From Chrysomallon squamiferum (taxonomy: Eukaryota > Animalia > Mollusca), in the NCBI GenBank assembly GCA_012295275.1, contig CM022665.1:24118001-24182000 (forward strand): a DNA stretch of 64,000 nucleotides, given 5' to 3'. Of this stretch, positions 56,938 to 64,000 are shown piece after piece (position 1 is the first letter of the stretch; each line of letters begins with the position of its first letter). Position numbers and translations under genes: made by a program. A model generated the notes under the pieces. That model worked only from the letters and a program-made list of their open reading frames with translations. It did no database searches and had not been told where the DNA came from.

Positions 56938-57447
56938 GTCAGTCACTTCTTTCTATTTATTTCTTCTTTTGCGACCTTCACAAAATGTCGTGAAGAAAAA
57001 AGGCTATAACACTTACACAGCAAGACAAATTTGTTCACCGTTTTCGGTGACATGTAATTTCCTACAGGCCGCTGATTATCTCCGTACACGCTATAGAATA
57101 AAAATTTGGACCATTTTAAAACACGTTCCGTGATCTCTCATTGTGTACAGCTGTAACTGTTTACACCCACCGCACGTGCGCCGAAATGACGTCGACTGGT
57201 CGTGATGCGTGTCTTTGAATGTTTGTACCGATAGCAAGACAGGGGCCATTGTTAGGTGTGTACACTAACACAAGGGCCTCGAGCACCAAGTCTGACATAA
57301 CAAACAGGGTCTGTCAAATTCAGTTTCATTTGCCAGCTGGCATCTGTAAATCATCCTAAGTTCTATTCTCCATTCTGCTGAAGAGTTTTGATGCCTTGCG
57401 TAACACAAATCATATAATAAAGTGTCACAATACTAAATCCGGTTGTT

Positions 57448-57450
<3 letters not shown>

Positions 57451-57533
<83 letters not shown>
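57451..57533. repeat. (CT)n microsatellite
   Basis: Read directly. Confidence 0.95.
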
Positions 57534-57536
<3 letters not shown>

Positions 57537-57869
57537 TTTAAGTACAAAAATATTATTTGTAAAACTAAGGCAGAATATATATTTGCTATCATTTAAAATT
57601 TATGAAACAGTCAACCACGGAACATCTGCTAAAATGGTTCTGTTAATATTATTATTATCTGTTTGAAAGGGAAAAGGAAAACAGATCCTTATAAAGGAGG
57701 AGAAAAATATTCATACAAATCAAGAATAATAATTCCCGTTCCATCAGTGTCACCGTACCATTATAGAAAATAAATAAAACTAACCAAAGGTGTTCACAAT
57801 TTTAACATGGCACTAGCATATTTGCATCCGTCATATACTTAAAAACACTTAAGCCTTATAACATGACTA

Positions 57870-57884
57870 CAGCGCCCCCTAAGC
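57870..57884 (-). promoter_or_regulatory. CTCF-like motif
   Basis: Minus strand GCTTAGGGGGCGCTG matches the YAGRKGGCGCT part of the core; the 5' CC is absent. Confidence 0.35.
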
Positions 57885-58594
57885 AAGTTCTGTGACAGTT
57901 ACTGACCCTGATCTGAAAGTACAATAACTTTGCTTAGAACTGGCTGTTTTAGTGAGTCTACACCTGGTCATTGTGTTCAGTGTATTCAGAAACACGTACT
58001 TCACCACAAACTAGCAAATGCCCCCTACAACTATATCAAGGCAATTATACACAATTACATACCAAGCACGTGTCATACGGGCAGGTGTAAATTTGAAGGG
58101 AAAGTGAATGGGGTTCTTTAAGTGCGATAATCTGGATTACTCTATGAATTACTTTCAACAGAACATTCGTCCATTTCTGCCCCGAGCTACTGCTGGAACT
58201 ACATATTAATACAGAGAATTTGTTTCAACAATGATCAAATATTTGGGCGTGACCGTGTAGCAGATTGAGATTGTTGGTTTTCTCATTTCTTTATCTATAA
58301 CTTTCCCTGTTTTCAATGTCAGACTGTTTGTTTACTGTTATGATTATAAGACTGTTCTCGTTCTTCACAATATTATTAAATCTGATTTCGTTTGATACGA
58401 AGTTTTTTTTTTTTTTTTTTTTTTTAGTTGTTGTGTGGTCAGCTGTTCGTTGTCTTATACATTTCTTTTTAGGAAGAATGTAGATTACAAAATCGAAGTC
58501 AGTTATTCAACTTCTCGTTTTTTAATAATTCTAATATATTAAAAATGAAGAAGAATTATAATTAAAAGAAAATCCAAATATATTGATTTTGCAA

Positions 58595-58595
<1 letters not shown>

Positions 58596-58659
<64 letters not shown>

Positions 58660-58660
58660 T
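58596..58660. repeat. (CTA)n(ATA)n compound microsatellite
   Basis: Read directly. Confidence 0.9.
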
Positions 58661-59812
58661 TAATTAATTAATAATAATTATAATCATCATCATCTGTAAA
58701 TCAGTGCGAATGCCGAAAGGATCTTCCCTGTCAAATTTGCTTGTTTTGTTTTGTTTTATATTTCCACCTAACAATATAACGCACCTCTGAAATGTACTGT
58801 TTCTTAGCGAACAATACGAGAAGTAGAAAAACTGTCGTTTAAAGGAGCCGTCTTGCAAAAGTGTAGTGTTTACCCTTTGGCCAATTCTGTTTTAGTTTGT
58901 TCTCAAGTATCTAATTGGGTTCACTCGAATGACAACCAAGTTTGAATTGCCTTCAGTGACTAGCTATAACTGACAGACGAAGCTTGATGTAAATCTAACA
59001 TACGCCTCGGTTAAACGGTTTCACAAATGTGAAAATATTTACTTTTTAAACTGATAAACACATGTAATCACACTTAATCTCATATTGCAGGCGTAAGTGT
59101 CGTACTATAAAGGTTTTCGTTTGTTTTTGGATAACAACGCTAGACCGCGTTCCTTTTATTTGTGATATATGGTGGTTTTCATTTGGATTTGTTACGTAGG
59201 ATCTCTCAACTGATTACTAAACCACTGTTCGCTCTTTTTTATCTCGAGGATTACATGGGCATTTTGCTATCTTATTTTATAAAGTAACACTGTGTACAAT
59301 TTCAAATAAGAAGAGCAAACTAGGCTGTTAATGCAGAGAAATTTACAGAAGAAACACTTTAATTAACTTATGCTCTTACTAACTGGATGATGACACTATA
59401 GGTTATAAGAAACACTTCTGTTTCCCCCCTCCCCTTCTTGTCCTCTCCTCTTTAGTTTTTCTCTTTTTTCTTTTTCTCTTTATTCCTATTTTCTTCCCCT
59501 TCCCCTTCTTTTTGTTTTCTTTTGTTAGGAAGTTAAAACAAACTAGAATAAACTGCAACTAACATTAAAATGTTCGCTCTGCTGGGCTCGCAACAGTTTA
59601 CTGCGAGACGGTTTGCACTGTCAACTAACAACACTGCGAGTATAGCCGACTCGATCTTCGTAACTTGTTTATTCATTAATTCTACCTCAGTTTATTGACT
59701 CAAGCTCTAGCTCTGCCAGAGAAAGAAGTGAGATTGGAAAACTAATTTGTTTGTTAAATTTTGTGGAATTCCACCTTGTTACTAAGTCGCTGTACTTGTT
59801 ATATACTTTCAG

Positions 59813-59976
59813 CATACACTGTCGTGTTTACCTGTAGCTGAAGAGAGACAAAGTTTGCACGTGTGCAGTGTATCTAATAACAGGACGGCTGAAGTAACCG
59901 AGAAATGACTCGATCCAGTCAGGATATACCTGTACCTTACCTTAAGCGTCCATTTCAAAGAGATCGCTAATTACAG
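59813..59976 (+). other. Candidate non-coding exon (164 nt)
   Basis: Acceptor TTGTTATATACTTTCAG| and consensus donor CAG|GTGAGT. Stops in all three frames. Confidence 0.25.
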
Positions 59977-61253
59977 GTGAGTCTTTCACATTGTTCTCGT
60001 TATCAAGACATTGCATTAATATATTTGTACTTCTGAGAGATATAGGAAATCACGATTCTTCCATAATGAAGCACAATATATAATCATCAGCATCATCATC
60101 AGTATCAACAAAAAATATTATCAGTGATTATATAGCAGTTTGATCTTTGTACAAATTGTTGGATCCACAAAGAAACACAAAAGACATTATACAGGGATTT
60201 TTTAAAAATAAATTTTGGCGAAAGATATTTATTTGAAATTATTCGAAATAAACCTTGCATAATAAATATGTGCTAGGAAATGTTTTAATTAAGTAAATAC
60301 AAATGAAAACAGACAAAAGAATATTACAAAGACCATGTCTTCCTTCAAAATAAAACGATTTTCATTACATTTAGGAATATTTTTCAACACAGCATCCAAA
60401 GAAAGTATTATTTCGTTTTGTCGATCCTCAGCAGAAGCGGGATCTATTATTATTCGATATTTATCTTTTTTAATTGCTTGTTGGTTTTTATAAAGTTTCT
60501 ATTTTTTGTTTTTATTGTGTTCAAGTTTACACAGTCATCTAAAATTTATCTAAGAAAACAGAAACTTCGTGTCGGCCATTACTTCTGAGCATAAAATAAA
60601 ATGGATAAATATTACTTACGATATGTTCAAAATTAGAGTATAAACGTTTTGGCTTAAAACGAAAACAGTTCAGATCACATGCTGAGAGATAACGTTTCAT
60701 GGTTGATCAACGACTATAATATATGTCATATTTTATACCATTTAACATTACGACTCATACGTGTAGTCACTGAGCCCGGGGCATCCGGTAAGATGGGCTT
60801 TTAGTGTGTTGTCGAATCCAATCTTCCCTCCTTGCTTCTTTCATCCAAAAAAACCCCAACCCAACCCACGACACATTTAACAGCCCGCTTTTCACGGCCG
60901 GGTTGGCAGCCGGCTTTAGCTAATGACGTTGTCGTTTGTCAGTGTTCAACGTGGCAGAAAATCGCCGCCGGCGGCAGCGTCAGAGAAATAATTGACGAGA
61001 CGGATTACCATGGCGTTTCAAAGACCCAACATCTCAAAATTTTGATAAATTTGTTAGGAAGACTTTCTAGAACTGGAAAAAAAATCGCCTTGGGAGTTGC
61101 TGTTATCAGTTGTCCAGCGATCTGGATTGCATTTTTTTCTTTCTTTTTTTATTCAATGAAAAAAGATCAGAATGGGAGTGTGGCGGGAGGCTTGAAGAGC
61201 ACTCTTTTGTGGAAGAGAGTGCCTCTGTGTGTTTCCCCCAGCTGTAAACCTTC

Positions 61254-61390
61254 TTATTGCTTCCGTTCACTGGTGCTGTCTATTTCTTCCAGTACTCTTT
61301 CTTTGTCTCCTGCACGCGCAACCTCGTTCTGAGCCTCATTTTGGTGCCTCGATGTCGGAATGACAACTGAAGACTTGACAGAGCGTGAAA
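61254..61390 (-). other. Possible terminal coding exon fragment
   Basis: Minus-strand acceptor TTTTTTCAAATAATTTCAG| then a purine-rich open frame SRSVKSSVVIPTSRHQNEAQNEVARAGDKERVLEEIDSTSERKQ*. No family recognised. Confidence 0.15.
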
Positions 61391-61926
61391 CTGAAATTAT
61401 TTGAAAAAAAAAAAAAAGTTATATGCATAGGAAGTCTGCTTTTTCAATCAGGATTGTGTAATTTGTTAACGAAAATAATAAGCATTACTTTCGTTGAAAG
61501 AAAGAACAAAGAAACAGACGAATTAATTAATTATTTAATTTGTTAATTAATTAATCCTTATGACGGATAATTTCACGTTCATGCATGAACATGATTATGA
61601 TAATATCTAGGTCTTTTGCACAGAATTATCAGGAGAGCGCACAATAAATTGAAAAAGTGGATCTGTTTCTGAATCACTGTTATTCTTGAAGTAGGGGCAG
61701 CTGGTAGATATTTTCTTGCACTTTCAAAGATTTCCACAATCACTCAAACAGCACTAGAGATGTCTGAAACGTAGCACACAGAAAAGAGCTATTGTTTAGT
61801 TTACTTGATAGAACAGTCATTGTTGGTGGTCCGATTCTGTAGGAAAAAAAGAGGTAGCAATTCATAAATATTTGTGGGAGAATACGCGTCGGTTTACTGA
61901 AAAAGTAATTTGAGTAAAGTTATTTA

Positions 61927-61928
<2 letters not shown>

Positions 61929-62011
<83 letters not shown>
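61929..62011. repeat. (CT)n microsatellite
   Basis: Read directly. Confidence 0.95.
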
Positions 62012-62013
<2 letters not shown>

Positions 62014-62228
62014 CTCTCTCTCTCTGGCTCTCTCTCTTTGTCAATCTTTATCTCTTTCATTTTATCAGTTTGTGTGTGCAATTTTTTTTTTTAAATTCAA
62101 GTGATGTTCTAATTCATGGTAACACACACACACACAAACACACACGCACACACACACAGACACACAGTATAGGTTCATATATACGAACTTGGTCGAAACT
62201 ATTTATTATCAAAACAACAACAACAAAA

Positions 62229-62261
<33 letters not shown>

Positions 62262-62439
62262 TTGCTTACCAATGTTAAGTTAAATAAGAGATGGTTGCAA
62301 TTTTATTTTCAGTCTTTTACGTCAGTTTACAATTTAACGTTAGCGTTATCAGAAGAAGCAGAAACGAGCATAAAGAAACCTTTTGTCCCAGATGCTAATT
62401 ATGGACGTATTTGAGCGACACAGATGAACTAATCTGCAG

Positions 62440-62650
62440 TTTGCGGTGCATTGCGGGGAATGCCGAGGTCCGCGGCGTGACATAGCGGAGACACACGGTG
62501 TGACATTGCTGACATGCCTGTCTGTCTCCGTACGCGCGACTCTCTCAGTATCCGCAGCTGTCGAAAAGAAGAGTTAAACTTCAAGTCCTGTAAACCTACA
62601 GACGGATTATACGTGGAATGCGAACATCTCACGGAAGAATGCGTCCTTTA
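62440..62650. promoter_or_regulatory. CpG-rich island with Inr-like TCAGT and a stem-loop
   Basis: One of the highest local GC/CpG densities in the window by eye; TCAGT at 62545; hairpin at 62485-62531. Confidence 0.35.
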
Positions 62651-62805
62651 AAACAAAGATCTTCACGATTACACTATTGACACTGTTTTACAATTTCATG
62701 AAACCATGACTGGCGATTTGTTTCAGTAAAGAAATATACTTTTGACTAGTAATGCTTCATTCTGTTATTTTCATTTGTAGTAGTTAGCCAGTGCGATAAA
62801 GTGTA

Positions 62806-62912
<107 letters not shown>

Positions 62913-64000
62913 TCTGTAATTCCTTTCCATCTATTCATCTGTTCATTTATTATATCCATCTGTATGTGTATCTGTTTGTCTTTCGTGCTTATTTGCTTGC
63001 TTACATTAAATTCATAAACACTATTGACATTCCACTCATTTTATTCAAGTGTTTGTAATATTGAAACAAGTATGTCAGAATTATCATGTACATTCTAAAT
63101 AATGAGCTTGTTTGAGACAGTTTATACGAGCAAGAGCATCAGGACATTATATAAATTCCCGTATCAGCAAGTAAGTACAAAACAGATGAAGGACAAAGAG
63201 GCTAAGTTACCGTGATTTTTAAAAATTCTCATTTTTCTTGAACATGTATAACGGTTGAAAGAGATAATAAGTTGAATAAAACAACAAAGATAGTAATTCG
63301 CATTTAGAACTCTGAAGTAATAGTATCAACCATACTGTGTATATAATACTAGATTTTTAATTTATTTTTGACAGGTCATTTCTAAACAATAAGATATTCC
63401 TAATATAAACTTTTCTTCTTTTTTTCTTCATAAAATCAGGTTATCAGATTTAATTAACAATTAATCAGTTTAACAGGCACCGTGACAAATTGGGAATGGT
63501 GCCACGTTTTCTTGGGATTTTTTTTCTCTCTCTCACGTGACCACATTCCTAATTAGATGGGATGGTTGAATTTCGATAAAACAATTAACTGTAGGCGTAA
63601 GGCAAGTCATGGGTCAGATCTTGATTGACAAGTTGTTTTAGTTCAGACATTTAGTACTTTTTTAATTAATAATTTTTTAAAAAAAGAAGAAGAAGAAGAA
63701 GCTAAAATGATTTCTGGTTTAATTTCAGCTTCAACTGAATGATGCATAATATTAGCATAATATTTATTAATTTGTTTTCGTTAGGCTGTTTTCCGTTCCA
63801 GCTAGTTGCTCAACGGCTGGACGTAAACGCGGTAGCATGTATTTCCCTGTCGCAGGGAAGGTGCAATTAAAGAATATTTTGCTGCAACGTTCAGCGAAGA
63901 CAATGGAAACTGGTAGAGGGTTTCATCTTTCTCATCATAAACAAATAATCGTTCATTTATTTCTAAATTGTTCGATTTTTAAAAAAAAAAATGTATTTAT

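Noticed and set aside
60832-61332. Longest ORF (166 aa) as a CDS
   Set aside because: TTG start, runs through a poly-T low-complexity stretch, no domain. Stops are simply rarer in this GC-richer island.

Overview
AT-rich, microsatellite-dense eukaryotic genomic DNA that looks like an invertebrate animal; the taxon is an inference from composition and repeat types. I cannot support any protein-coding gene, rRNA, tRNA, CRISPR array or autonomous transposon. The supplied ORFs are mostly read-throughs of simple repeats or short chance ORFs. The window reads like a very large intron or gene desert: 200-600 bp high-complexity, CpG-richer islands alternate with poly-A/T and (AG)n/(CT)n/(AAT)n/(ATAC)n spacers. 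The strongest unexplained signal is a ~345-bp diverged inverted repeat pair (14460-14802 vs 19098-19447, about 79% identity by hand alignment). Its arms are 4.3 kb apart and share a perfect 50-bp core, so it is a candidate long-range RNA duplex. Other structures seen directly are a ~330-bp foldback (55542-55869), a perfect 17-bp hairpin (16116-16156), a 4-copy ~76-bp minisatellite, a decayed tRNA-like SINE head, co-oriented CTCF-like motif pairs and YY1-like motifs. There are also several low-confidence splice-site-bounded, mostly non-coding exon candidates.
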